Position numbers and translations under genes: made by a program. The notes beneath the pieces were generated by a model. It searched no databases and was not told the origin of the DNA. It saw nothing but the letters and a program-made list of their open reading frames with translations. 64,000 nucleotides of DNA from Gracilinanus agilis (taxonomy: Eukaryota), in the NCBI RefSeq assembly GCF_016433145.1, contig NC_058131.1:61767974-61831973 (forward strand). The letters run 5' to 3'. Below are positions 12,995 through 25,840 of the stretch, one piece after another (positions within the stretch are counted from its first letter, which is position 1; each line of letters starts with the position of its first letter).

Positions 12995-13187
12995 TTTTTT
13001 TTAAACCTTTACCTTTTGTCTTAGAATTAATATTATATAGTGGTTCCAAAGCAGAAGAGTGGTAAGGGCTAGGCAATGAGGGTTAAGCCCAGGATTACAC
13101 AGCTAGGAAGTATCAGAGATAATTTGATCCCAGGACTTTCTGTTTCTGACCCTAGCTCTCAATCCACTGAACCACCTAGTTGCCCCT
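12995..13187 (-). mobile_element. SINE-1_Mdo-like SINE
   Basis: Reverse-complement consensus. Confidence 0.8.
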
Positions 13188-13221
13188 AGTATGATGGTTT
13201 TTAAATGCTTTAAATTCATGA

Positions 13222-13385
13222 AAGGGCAGCTAAGTGACTCAGTGGATAGAAAACCAGGTATAGAAAGGTCCTGGGCTCAAATGTGGCCTAGTTGTGTGAC
13301 CCTGGGCAAGTCCCATTTGCCTAGTCCTTGCCTTTCTGTCTTAAAGTTGTTACTAAGACAGAAAGCAAGTGTTTTTGAAAAAGAA
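13222..13385 (+). mobile_element. SINE-1_Mdo-like SINE (internally shortened)
   Basis: gggcagctaagtgactcagtggatag...; head-to-head with the previous copy. Confidence 0.7.
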
Positions 13386-16300
13386 TATACATTCTAGTAG
13401 AGAAAACAAATATGAATATCATTAAGTTCACACAAGATAGATGGAATTGATGAGGGTGATCTAAAAGGGGAAGGCATGAGTAGCTTTGTAGGGCCAAGGA
13501 AAAGCCTCCTTCAGAAGGTAGGATTTGAGCTGAGCCTTGAAGGAAGCCAGGGAAAGAGAGGTGGAAGTGAGGGGGCAGAACATTCCAGGTATGGGGATAC
13601 AACCAGTTCAACAGCTATTATTCTTGTTTTCCAGATGAAAAAGCTAAAATTCAGAGATGACTTTGTACCATCCCCATAGTCACATCGGTAGGGCATCAGT
13701 GTTTGAATTAATATCCTTCCCTCTTTCCAATATGTCATCCTGCCCTCTTAATTAATGGACCATACATGGAAAGCTTTGTAACTACCTTCTCCTCTCTTTC
13801 TCTTAAGGTACTTCTAAGGATTAGGGGATAAAAATCAAATCAAAGAGACTATGTATATAAAGCGCTTTAGGAATTAAATAACACTATATAAATGACAACT
13901 ATTTATCATCAGTAGAGGAAGAAATCTAAAATAATCTAAAATAATAATACTACTACATATGTATGTGTATACATATATATAATATAACACTATAATACAA
14001 AAGTGTGCCTTTTATAGGAAGACACTTCCCAACCCTGGCTAAAAAGCTTGGGGAAGTAAGAGGTAATTCCATTCACTACCAGGGCTTAGCTCCTCCTTTA
14101 GTGGGAAGCTGCCTCCCTGATCACTCTCCATTCTTCTAATGCCTTGCTGATGCTCTGAAGGCGCCAGAGGATGAGGGAGCTAGTTGCCAAGGCTGAGTCC
14201 CTAAGGAAAGGGAGCGATTTCTAGTCCTCTCTTCCACCCCTTCTCTTTATTCCTAGGCCCCAGCTTTGTCCCTGGGAAGGAAAGGGATAATGCCCACAAA
14301 GCACTTAATCTCCTGGCCAGAAAGCAGTAGAGAGCAAATTAGGCTTCACTCCAGTTTATCCCCTGCAATAGGGAAAAGCTGGAAAGGAGCCATCTAAGGG
14401 ATTTAGGAAGCAAAGTTGGGAAGGGAAAGTAGGTCACTGGAGTTTTGAAACCACTAGCAGCTGAATGAGGAGGCTCCCCCACTTCTATCCTAGACAAGAT
14501 TCCCTAGGGGCTCTGTGGGTAGCTTAGGGAGGACCTACCCCGGATGGCCGGAAAAGGATTTCTGTCTAGTAATTACAGCAACATCCTGGGATGATTTAAT
14601 AGCTGTTGTAATAGCTCTTCAAAGTTTATAAGACACTTTACATCCATTATCTCATTTGTTTCTCACAACAGCTCTCTGAAGAAGACATGGCAAGTATTGT
14701 AATCTTCCCATATTGTAAATGAGGGCCCAAGAAGGTGGAATTCAAATGTAGAGACTCTCTTGATGTCAGAGTCCTACATGAAAGAAGTATTCAGGGTGGA
14801 GCCTCCCCTTCATAGCTCCTCTTCTCAATCCAAACCAATCTATTCACCTTGTCTCCTTGCCTTCAGAGCATAGGATACAGAACTATGTGGACAGCAATTA
14901 GAAGGCACGTTGGCATTGACACATCAACATGATTGTTTTTGATTGAAGAAGTCTCCAGGGAAGTACTACAGGGATCTGTCTTTGGTTTCTGGACTATTTA
15001 ACATTTTTAGCAGTGACTTAGTCAAGAAAGAACAATAGCATATTCATCAAATGTATAGGTGACGATGGGAGTTAGGTGGCTCAGTGGATTGAGAGCCAGG
15101 CTTAGAAACAGGAGATCTTAAGTTCAAATCTCACCTCAGACACTTCCTAGGGTCACTTTAAACACTTTAAATGACACAAAATTGGAAGGATTGCTAGCTG
15201 ACACACTGATCAACAGGCCTCCAAAAAGATCTTGACCAGTGTAAAAGAGAGAAAGACAGACAGGTGAAAGCTTCGCAAAGGTCTGGTGCACGACTTTGCA
15301 GAAGAGGGCTGGCATACACAGGGAATGAAAAGGAGAAGATTCTAGGGTGTGAGGACTGGATAAAAAGAGACTCACAGAAACAGTTGTGGGGAGTGTTCCT
15401 GTCACTTCAAGCAGTCGAGGAGAGCACTTCCTGCTGTTGGTTCCTATCCTTGGAAACCATTTGGTTCCTGTTTTCTGTGATTCAGCCACCCAGCCATCGA
15501 GTGAGATACTATCCATCTTTCTTCACTATAGTCCTACATAGAGTTCCTGAGATCCTGTGCCAACTGAGAAGAATCTTATCAGAGCCCAGCTGATCTGCCA
15601 GAGCCAACTTGGCTTAAGCCAAGGGGGGTGGATTCCCCAGTGTACCCTATCTGGTACTGATAGACTAATTCTCCAAAATAATATTTTGATGACTAGTTTA
15701 GATAGTGGGGTCTAATTAGACAGAGAGAATAAATTAAGGAGCTTCAAGATCCAGAAGAGAACTCCGTGAGGAGTTGGTAGATTTTGGGAGGAGATTAGAG
15801 AGGAAGATTAGAGTCACTCTTCCCTCTGGTCCTCTATCCTTCCTGAGTTTACAAATAATCCAGATTACTGTTTATATCAACAAAAGAAGCAGTCAGATTG
15901 CATTGAACAACCTGCAGGTGAGGCCTACCATCTGGGCCTACAGCCTGTTAACACCTACCACCAGGTTCAGCACTGATCTTGGGTTTGAGTCACCTATCTC
16001 AGGGTTGACTTACCTATTTCACCAGGCTAGAACAACGAGGTGAGTCAAACAGGATGAAATTTGAAATGGATAAATACAAAGCTTTATACTTGGATACAAA
16101 AAAAAATCAACTTTACCAGCATGAGGTAAAACAGAGTTGGCAGTTCTGGGGTTTAAGGGGACTGCCAGCTCAATACTCATCAGCAGTGTGATGTGGCAGC
16201 CAAAAAAACTCCCTTAGTTTTGAGACTGCTTTAAGAGGAACATAGTTTCCAGGAACAGAGAACTGTCCGACTTTACTCTGCCATTTTTAGACTTCATCAG

Positions 16301-16427
16301 GAATATGGTGTTTGGTGAGGAGTGTATAAAGTTTAAGGGTGCTGGTAAGCTGGAGCGTATCCAGAGGTAATTAGAATGGGGAAGGGCCTTGAGTCCATGT
16401 TGTATGAGGATTGATTAAAAGAACTGG

Positions 16428-16610
16428 GTTAACTAGGTGGCTCAGTGGATTGAGAGCCATGCCCAGAGATGGCCTCAGACACTTCCTAGCTGGGTGACTC
16501 TGGACAAGGAATTTAATTCCCATTGCCTAGCCCTTCCTGTTCTTCTGCCTTGGAACCAACACACAGTATTGATTGTAAGATGGAAGATAAAGGTATTAAA
16601 AAAAAAAAAA
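16428..16610 (+). mobile_element. SINE-1_Mdo-like SINE nested in CR1
   Basis: A tail; aaaagaactg repeated on both sides (TSD-like). Confidence 0.8.
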
Positions 16611-16798
16611 GAACTGAGCATGTCTGGCCTGGAAAAGGAAAAATTCAAGAGGAACATGATAGCTGTCCTCAAGTATTTGAAGGGCTTTCAGATGGAGAAG
16701 AGGAATTAGACTTGTTCTGTTTGGCCACAGGCCAGAGCCAATAGCAATGGGTGGAAGTTGCAAAGGGACAAATTTAGACTAGAAAACCTTCCTGACAA

Positions 16799-17092
16799 TT
16801 GCATTTGTTCAGTCATTTTCAGTGGTATCTGACTCTTCACAACTCCATTTGGGATTTTTCTGACAGATACTGCAGTGGTTTGCCATTTCCTTCTCTAGAT
16901 AATTTTACAAATGAGGAAACTGAGACAACCTGGTTAAATGAATTGCCAGGGTCATACAACTACTAAGTGTCTTAGGTCATATTTGAATTCAGGAAGAAAA
17001 TTCTTCCTGACTCCAGACCTGTCACTTTATCCACTGTACCACACAGCTACATACAGCTATGCCATGCTACTTTTGGATAACTCTAATGGTAA
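16799..17092 (-). mobile_element. MAR1-like SINE nested in CR1
   Basis: Same structure as 3797-4050; TSD TTCCTGACAA at 16789-16798 and 17093-17102. Confidence 0.7.
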
Positions 17093-17424
17093 TTCCTGAC
17101 AAGTACAGCTAATCAAAGGTAGAATGGGCTAACTAAAGAGGTGGTGGGTTCCACCCCTCCTTGAAATTTTTAAGATAGAGTTTGGATGATGAATAGTGGG
17201 ATTGTTTTAATGAAGATTTCTTTCATGTATGAATTTGGCTGAGTCAGTGATCGGTCTCCAAGAAGAGGCAGGGTAAATTGCCATGACCTCCTGGGAGGCC
17301 AAAATATGACTCCAAAAGGTAGGTGATCATCCTACTGGAGGGTGGGAAAATAGGTCCCCTTTGATAGACAGTCAATTGATGGACTACACCCTCTCATACT
17401 TATCTCCTGCCCTCATATCCTGGC

Positions 17425-17623
17425 TCTTTGTTTTGTTTTTGTTTTTTTAAACTCTTAACTTCTGTGTATTGGCTCCAAGGCGGAAAAGTGGTAAGGGTAG
17501 GCAATGGGGGTCAAGTGACTTGCCCAGGATCACACAGCTGGGAAGTGTCTGAGACCGGATTTGAACCTAGGACCTCCTGTCTCTAGGCCTGACTCTCAAT
17601 CCACTGAGCTACCCAGCTGCCCC
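17425..17623 (-). mobile_element. SINE-1_Mdo-like SINE
   Basis: Full length, with a (ttttg)n tail. Confidence 0.85.
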
Positions 17624-17859
17624 TATATCCTGGCTCTTTGGCAGGTGTCTTCGGAGGATGGGCTCTGCATACCTGTGTTCCAAGGCAGTGACCTTATCCA
17701 CCTTTTCATTTTAAAGGTGGGACAGAATAAATTGCAAAGGGGTGAATAGGCATGACTGGGTTGTGGTCTATGGCCAGAAGTCTTATTATATTATCTTTTC
17801 CCAAAAACCCGCCCCTCTCCTGAATATCCCTAAATTGAAAACCCCACCATCCTTACATA

Positions 17860-18645
17860 CAATCCAGTCATCTAGGTTTGGAACTCAACTCCCCCCTTTC
17901 ACTCACTTCACTTTTTGAAGCAGTTTTCAAATCTTGCCATTTTTACCTCCATACCTTCTCTCATATCTCTCCCCTTTTCTCCACTCTCACAATCACTACT
18001 TTAGTTCAGGCCCTCATCTTGCCTTGATTAGACTATTACAGTGGCCTCCTAGTTGACTTTTCTGCTTCATGTCTTTCTCTATTCTAATCAATCCTCTATG
18101 CAGCTGCCAGAATAGTTTTCCTAAAGTGTTTCTGACTGTACTACCTCACTCAATAAACTCCAGTAGCCAAGTTTTTTTAGCTCCCGGACCAAATGTTAAG
18201 CTCTTCACAATCTGGCATCTTCCCTCCTTTCCAGTCTTCTAACATTTGTCTCTTCTCCCTACAAATTCTATGATCTAGTTAGACAGGACTACTTTTTTAA
18301 CCCCACACATGTCACTTGATCTCTCAACTCCCTACCTATCACCCTTTGTCTAGAATGCTCTCCTTTACCTCTGTCTCCTAGAAATTCTCTCTTCCCTCAG
18401 TCCTAGTCTCTAAATCTTACCTTCTGTCAGACACCTTTCCCAGTACTTCCAACTCCTAGAGCCTTTCCCTCTGAACTTTCCTTTTGCTTCCATCTCCTCA
18501 TTATGTATTTGTGTGTAAATCATTATTTGCATGTCATCTACTTCATTAGAATGTAAGCTTCATAAGAGGAGAGATTATTCTTTGCCTTTTTTTCTATCCC
18601 CCAGTGCTTGGCACAGTGCCTGGCATAGAATAAAAATTTGATTAA
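17860..18645 (+). mobile_element. LINE-2 3' fragment
   Basis: L2 motifs ending in cccagtgcttggcacagtgcctggcatag. Confidence 0.65.
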
Positions 18646-18657
18646 AAAAAAATACTG

Positions 18658-18870
18658 AGGGGGTAGCTAGGAGGCTCAGTGGATTGAGAGTCAAGCCCAG
18701 AGATGGGAGGTCCCGGATTCAAATCTGATCTCAGACACTTCCTAGCTGTGTGACCCTGGGCAAGTTACTTAACACTGATTGCCTAACTCTTACCCAGCCT
18801 CTTCTGCCTTGGAACCAATACTCAGTATTGATTCCAAGACAGAAGGTAAGGGTTTAAGAAAAAAAAATTC
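18658..18870 (+). mobile_element. SINE-1_Mdo-like SINE
   Basis: Full length with an A tail. Confidence 0.85.
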
Positions 18871-19526
18871 TATTGATAATTATTGATTGACTAAAAAAAT
18901 TCACCTGCTTGGCTAGCTATATCAGGGAAGTTAACTGAATAATTAATTGCTAACAATTATTACTTACAAGGCTACCCTTTACCCTAGGACATGGCATAGG
19001 TATTTAAAAAAATAATAAAATGGATTTATTCACATTGCTCTCAAAAGCAAAACATTTAAAAATTATTAGTAAGTAAAATTACAAATTTATAAAAATTTTT
19101 GTTTTTTAGCTTTATCTCATTCCTTTTTATATCTACTTTGCATATATTTAAGTAATAGAACATATATCATTTACAAATATACATACATTGAGTACATGCT
19201 CAACAATTTTATCATTTATGGAGCATGTTATCTCCATTAATGGAGATAAAAAAGTTTGGAGATATGGACTTGATGACAATTGAGATACTTCCCAACTCTC
19301 CTATTCAGTGATTCTGTGACAAACAACTTCAAAAGACTTTGATCAACAAAATGATCAATCCCAATTCTAGACAACACATGATAAGGTATGCAACCTACCA
19401 ACTGACTACAGTAATTAGTTGCCAAGTCTTGTTGATTATGGCTCCTCAGTATATGTCTCCTTTGTCCTTTTCTCTTCACTGACTCAGACACCACCCTAGT
19501 AGGCCACCAGCCCTTATCATCATATC

Positions 19527-19700
19527 CCTTACCTTCAATCAATACTGTGTATCAGTTCCAAGATAGAAGAGTAGGCAATGAGGCTTAAATGATTTTCCCA
19601 GGGTTCCACAGCCTTAGAAATTTCTGAGGCCAGATTTGACCCCTGGTCCTCCTGACTCCAAGCCTGACACCCTATCCACTGAGCCACCTAGTTGTCTCCC
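19527..19700 (-). mobile_element. SINE-1_Mdo-like SINE
   Basis: Reverse-complement consensus with an internal deletion. Confidence 0.7.
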
Positions 19701-21584
19701 TTATTACCTCTTAAATGGATTACTTCAGTAGCCTAGTTAGTGTCCCTGAGTCTAATCTATCCATTCTATAGTCCATGTTCAATACAACTGCCAAATGGAT
19801 ATTCCTAATATTCAGGGTTTAATGCCATTCCTCCACTCAGGAAAGTAAGTGGCAAACTACCTATGCTCTTTGTTGATAACATTATGAGGCAAAGACCCCA
19901 AAGAGGATAAAGGTAGAGGGAAAGATCCTATATATATGAAAATATTCATTGTCATCCTTTTTGTGATAGCAAGGTCCTGAGAGTAAAATATGTGCCCATC
20001 AATTTGGGAAAGGCTGAATAAATTATGGCATATGAATATGTTATTGTACCTTAAGAAATTATGAATATAAAAAAATTAGAGAAACTTGGAAAGACTTGTA
20101 AGAACTAATATAGAGCACAATAAACCGAATTAACATTTGAAACTGGATATTCAAAAAAGACATTCTGGAGACATCTGAAACTGAGGATGTCTGAAACCAG
20201 AACACATTACCTTTGCCACCAAACCTATCATTTTTCCAATCTTTACTATTTCTGTCCAGGGCACAGGCTTCATAACTTTGATATTATCCTGGATTTCACA
20301 CTCCCTCATCCCACCTATCCAATCAGTTTCCAGCTTTCTACCTTTATAATATCTCTCACATCCAAACGCTAAGCTTCACTTATGGAGCCACCAGCTCAAT
20401 TCAGGCCTTCACCATCTCTTACTTAGATTACTGGACCAGCTTCCTAATGGTTCTCCCTACCTGTCTCTCCCTGCTGCTTTCCATCCTATACTCTTTGGCC
20501 AAAGTATTTTCCTTAAGTGCAAATGTGACCCCATGATCTCACTACTCAGTCAGCTCCACCGTATTTTTGTTGTTTCTAAGATCAAACACAAACTTTCGTT
20601 TGACTTCACAACTCAGCCCCAACTTCTCTTGTTATCACTCTACTCCTCCCCTACTCGGCAATCCAGCTAGATTGACTGCCTTGGTTTCTTTATACAAACA
20701 CACCCCACAAATAGGTGCCTTTGTGTTGGCTGGTTCCATGCCTGGAACTCCCTCCCTCCTTATCTCAGCCTCATAGAATCACTTTTTTTTTTCACTTTTC
20801 TAGTATTTTTTGTTACAAATATTTAATAAATTATAATAAATATGCTTATCCAAAAGAAACAGATTTTCACATCTGCTATGTCCAAAAATTTGTCTCATTC
20901 TTCCCCCATATCCCCAAAAGGCAAGTAAGATGATACAGGCTGTACATATATTATCATATAATACATATTTCCCCATTCTTCATGTGAAACAAGACACATA
21001 TTGCTTACACTTGTTAATATGAAAAATGATAAAGGCTGGTATAATAATATATATTAGTATTTTAATTAAAGCCATGTTGATAGATAAAATCATTAGACCA
21101 CGCGCTTGTAAGCATTCAAAACTGCCGCCTCCATACTGCCTCCTAGCCAAGCGCCTACTCGCCAAAGAAGAGACCACTCCCTCCTAACCCACGAGATTTA
21201 AGCGCTCCCCTGCGTCAAGACGTCGGAAACGGAAACCAGTTGGACCATGTTGGATCAAGGGAAATGTAGTTTTGATACATTTCCCTTGTCCATAGAAATA
21301 TATACATTTTTAGATGGTTTTTTCCAATTTCCTTTTTACACACTAGAAAAAATTAATAGAGGAAACAAAATGAAGAGTGGTATGTTTCAGTCTGCATTTG
21401 GACTTCATCTTTTCCTCCTATGGCACTTTAATGATATTTTTCCTGTTCCCTCTAAGTGATTAGTGTTCTTGCTCCCAAACTACCTCGTATTTAAATACTA
21501 TTGCAAGTATGCTCCAGCCTTCGCAGAGCCAAGATGGCCACATCTGTACCCTTCAAGGGTCCCTGAGGGCTTTGGAGTATTTTC

Positions 21585-21770
21585 TTACTTTCTGTCTTGG
21601 GATCAATACTAAGTATTGGTTCTAAGGCCCAAGCAATAGTGCTAGGCAATTGTGGTTAAGTGACTTGTGCAGGGGCACACAGTTAGGAAGTGTCTGAGAC
21701 CAAATTTGAACTCAGGACTTCCCATCTCCAGGCCTGGCACTCTATCTACTGTGCCACCTAACTGCTCCTC
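21585..21770 (-). mobile_element. SINE-1_Mdo-like SINE
   Basis: Reverse-complement consensus. Confidence 0.8.
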
Positions 21771-22739
21771 TTCACTTCTTTAAGGTCATTAGCTTAAGCT
21801 CCCACTGGCTGGGTAGCTCCCATGTGAGGGGTCAGTGACTAGTTCTCCTGTTCTATTTAACCACTTAACATAAATTATGTTTTACAAAGATATATTTATT
21901 TATCATTTATTTATTATTATTATAAAGTAAACAAAATAATAATAAATATTGTTTTTAATCATAATTAAAGCATGGACAAAACTGCAAAACTTTTCCCTAG
22001 CACTCTGCGTTAGATAAGTATACACTTTCTCCTGTACCACCTGGTCTTGGGGGAAGAATAGGCTCATAATTGAGTTCAGATCCTCCATGCATTAGTCCCA
22101 CCGAGTTCATGTCCAGATGAGTTGTGACTGCCAAACAAGTCCTCATCTCAGCTTCCAGTGGCCTGGATCCAGAAGGTCACTCCCTGCTCCTTGAGGCATT
22201 AATGCCAAGTTGACCAAAAACTCCAGGCTGGATTCTGTGACTCACTCCTCTGACCTTTCAAAACTCTCAAGGCCAGGAACTCCACTCCCTTCCCCTAGAA
22301 TGGAAAAGAACACACACAGAGTCCAGGGACCAAGGCAGATTCCGAGGATCACATGACCTCAGTGGGGAGAAGGCCCCCAGACCTCTTCCCTTCGTCATGG
22401 TATCATAGTCTCAGGAGTCAGAGAGGTAGCTGATGCTGCTGGGTCTTTCTTTAGATGCCCCTAATTGCAGCTGCACAGCTCATCTGAAAAAACTTCTCCC
22501 CATCACATACTTCACAGAAAAGAGCCAGGAACTGAACACTAGGTAGGCTTCCCAGTTCCCCCTAGTTCCTTCTGTGTATGTCATCCTAATTCTTCTGGAA
22601 GCAGGCCTCCCAGATGTTTCCACATGGGGAATTTACATCAGTTGAGCAACTTAATGGGGTCTGTAATGGATCCAAACCCTAGTTACACTAGGTTGTATTT
22701 GTTTCTATTTATTTACTTGATATTTCAATGTGTAGTGTG

Positions 22740-23480
22740 TCTTTTTATAGGTATTTATATCTCTACTATTAGAACGTGATTTCTTAGCAAGGACAGATTT
22801 TCATTCTTTATCCTTGTGTCCCAAACACTTAACAGAGTGCCGTGCACACAACATGCAATAGATAGATAAGAGAACAAGTAACTAAAGGAAAGCAATACTG
22901 ATAGACTTTAGAACTCTGATCAATGGAGTTACCAATCGTAATTTCAGAAGAATGAAAATGAAGCATTCTTCTTTTGCCTCTCAGAAGAGAGGTCATCGAG
23001 TCAACAAGGTTTTATGTGCTTACTTACTCGTGCACTGTGTCAATCTCTGGGGACACAGAGAAAAGCAAAAACGGGGAACTCTGCCCTCAATGAGCTCACG
23101 TTTTAATCCAGGGAGACAACACTCATACTATGTTCAGACAAGACAGAGACAGTGTAAATGGAAGGCAATCTCAGAGGGAAGGGACTGGAGGGAGGAGGAA
23201 AAGCATGAGGAAAGGCTTCCTATAGAAGGCTGGATTAGAACTGGTCTTGAAGGAAGTCAGAGAAGCCAGGAAGCAGAGATGAAGAGGACAAATTGTCCAG
23301 GCCAGGGTGATGGTTGGCTGGCTAGGGCAAAGACACTGAGTGGGGAGGAGAGGATCCCATGTGAAACAGCAAGTGGGCCAGTGTGGTTGGAGATGGCAAA
23401 GTGTGTGGAGAAGAGTCCAGTGTGAGAAGATGAGGGAGATAGGGAGGATCCAGCCTATGGAGAATAAGCCTTCCATGTCA
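22740..23480. mobile_element. LINE-2 fragments in both orientations
   Basis: L2 3'-end motif at about 22780-22860 and purine-rich reverse L2 at 23050-23480; source of the spurious ORFs here. Confidence 0.55.
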
Positions 23481-24129
23481 GATAGGAAAGAGATGGTATT
23501 TGAAGAAAAGAATGAGACCTACATCAGGAAAGGTCAATGGGTTGATTTATTTAATGATATTTACTGTAGGACTTCATTTTACTCAAACTCAACACATGAA
23601 TTAAGGGATACAAGATTGGCTATTGAAAAAAAGGCTGAAAGCTATATAAAATTTAAAATTTAATTGTTAAATCTGAGCCATTTTCCCCAAGCAGAATAAA
23701 GTCTCTCAGCAGTTCACCTCAAATCACTCATTCTCAATCTGAGAAGCATCACTGTGAGTCATTACATTGTTTGGTGCCAAACATGAGCTCTCTTATCAGT
23801 CTTTGTCCCGAGTTCTCACTTGTAACAAGTCTGTCCCAGGCTTCTCTTTCTTTCATTAATGCTACTTAGTTATGTTATAGCCCCAAAGTACAAGAAGAGT
23901 GATGCTGGCATCTCTGCTAAGCCCGAGAAAAATTATGAAGTGCCTAGATATAGTCATATAAGAAATACTTATTAAATAATGGAGTTGGCTATTCTGAATG
24001 CATTTTAACTTGCCCAAAGGATCTTGGAACCTATTGGTTGCAGAAAATGAGGTCCTACTATACTTGCTAGAAGGGAGGGCTTGTGTGTAGAGTGAGTTTT
24101 GTGTAGAGTGAGTTGAGGTGAGGTAACAG

Positions 24130-24970
24130 AGTTGTAAAATAAAAGGAATATCAATAAAATTTTAAATAGCAAAGAATTAGAAACTAAAGGAATGTTCCTC
24201 AATTGGGGAATGGCTGAACAAATTGTAGTATGTGATGATGATGGAATACTATTGTGCCATAAGGAATGTAAGCAGAACCAGGAAAATAGTGTACACAGTA
24301 ACAGCAATATTGTGGAATGATTGAATGTGATAGACTTTGCTACTAACAACAACATAATGATCCAGGACAAGTCTGAGGGACTTATGAAAAAGAATGTTAT
24401 CCACTTCCAGAGAAAGAACTGTTGGAGTAAGGATGCAGATGGAAGCATGTGATTTATCTCTTGTTTATTTGGGAATATGTTTTAGGGTTTTGGTTTTATT
24501 TTAAAATATTCCAGAAAAAAATACAGCTCTGTGTAGTTGTGGGAAACTTTCCTTGTGCTTTTGGGTGAAAGGGATCTTTAACTTCATATATAATAAACCT
24601 GTGACTCCATTGTACTTCAGAGAACTTTGAGCTAATAAGCTGGGCTTCCAATCTGTTTCGCTCTTTACATCTGAAGACCACCCTAGGCCACTCAGAAAAT
24701 CTCTGGTTATAGAGCAGGATCTCTATAACATATAGTATAGATAAATGGTTATTTGGTGTGGGTAGGACTAACAAATGGGGGAATCATGAAAGGGCTTACA
24801 AAAATGAATAACAGGGAAACATGTTTTGCATGATAAAACATGTATAACCCGATTGAATTGCTTTACCTCTGAAGGGGTTGAGGAAAAAATAGGAGGGAGA
24901 TAATTTGGATTATATAACTTTTGAAAACTCATATGGAAATTTGTTATTAAAATAATAAATAATAAAAATG
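24130..24970 (+). mobile_element. LINE-1 3' fragment, interrupted at about 24500-24795 by a templated insertion
   Basis: Both flanks are collinear with the L1 tail at 120-340. Confidence 0.8.
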
Positions 24971-25159
24971 TAAATATACAGAGGAAAGAAAAAAGTCAGA
25001 CAGAGTCTGAGGAACAGGACAATTTTATTACTACCTTGTTAACATTACTATAAATTATTTATATAATATTCATATAAATATATACTATTCATATAAATTA
25101 ATATGAATTAATATAGATATATAATGTTAATATAAATAAAATTTTAAAGCTATGCAAAA

Positions 25160-25355
25160 GGGGACTCAGTGAATAGAAAGCCTGGTCTGAAAGTCAGGAG
25201 GACCTAGGTTCAAATCTGATATCTGATACTTCCTAGCTGTGTGACCCTGGGCAAGACACTTAAGCCCCACTGCCTAGCCCTTAGCTCTCTTCTGACTTGG
25301 AATTGATATTTAGCATCAAATCTAAAGCAAAAGGTAAGGTTTGTTTGTTTTTTAA
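25160..25355 (+). mobile_element. SINE-1_Mdo-like SINE in the inverted-repeat spacer
   Basis: Head/core/tail recognisable. Confidence 0.75.
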
Positions 25356-25479
25356 AGCTTTTGCAAAAGAAATTTACTATCTCCGGTACAATCTTTGATT
25401 GTTTGTTTTTGGGTATTTGAATGAGTTTGCTGCTGGTTTAAGATTAAAATAATAAAAAATAAAATATTCCAGAAAAAAA

Positions 25480-25840
25480 CAACCAAATAACCCACCTCAA
25501 GCCAAATAAGAAATTGTGCTGGATCCCCATATCTTTACAATAAAATACAAACTCCTCTTCATGCCATTCAAAGCCCTTTACACTCTGGTTCCAGACTATC
25601 TTTCTAAGCTGATGACCTATTTGTTCATCCACTCTGCACTCCAAACCAAACTGGGCTCCTTGCTGCTCAACATTTTCCATACAATCTCCCACCTTTGTGC
25701 CTTTACCCAATCTTTCCCAATGCCTTCTCTACCCCTTTACCTCCTGAGACTTTAAGCTCCCTTCAAAGTTCAGCTCAAGTGCCACTTCCTTCAAATGCCC
25801 TTTCATGATTCCCCCATTTGTTAGTCCTACCCACACCAAA
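25480..25840 (+). mobile_element. LINE-2 fragment crossing the left boundary of the right inverted-repeat arm
   Basis: cttcaaagttcagctcaagtgccacttccttcaaatgccctttcatgattccccc is an L2 motif and is continuous across 25797. Confidence 0.6.

Larger units (their letters stand above)
15870..17260 (+). mobile_element. CR1/L3 LINE 3' fragment interrupted by two younger SINEs
   Basis: CR1 RT-end motifs (cagcagtgtgatgtggcagccaaaaaa, aagctggagcgtatccagagg, aatgggtggaagttgcaa); TSDs flank both inserts. Confidence 0.75.

Noticed and set aside
22090-22620. Unique GC-richer stretch with AP-1 (TGACTCA) and TCATGTGA E-box motifs; possible pseudogene or enhancer
   Set aside because: No coding homology recognised, and isolated 7-8-bp motifs are expected by chance in 64 kb.
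22952-23663. 157-aa and 107-aa plus-strand ORFs
   Set aside because: They lie in purine-rich reverse L2 remnants, with no gene-like context.
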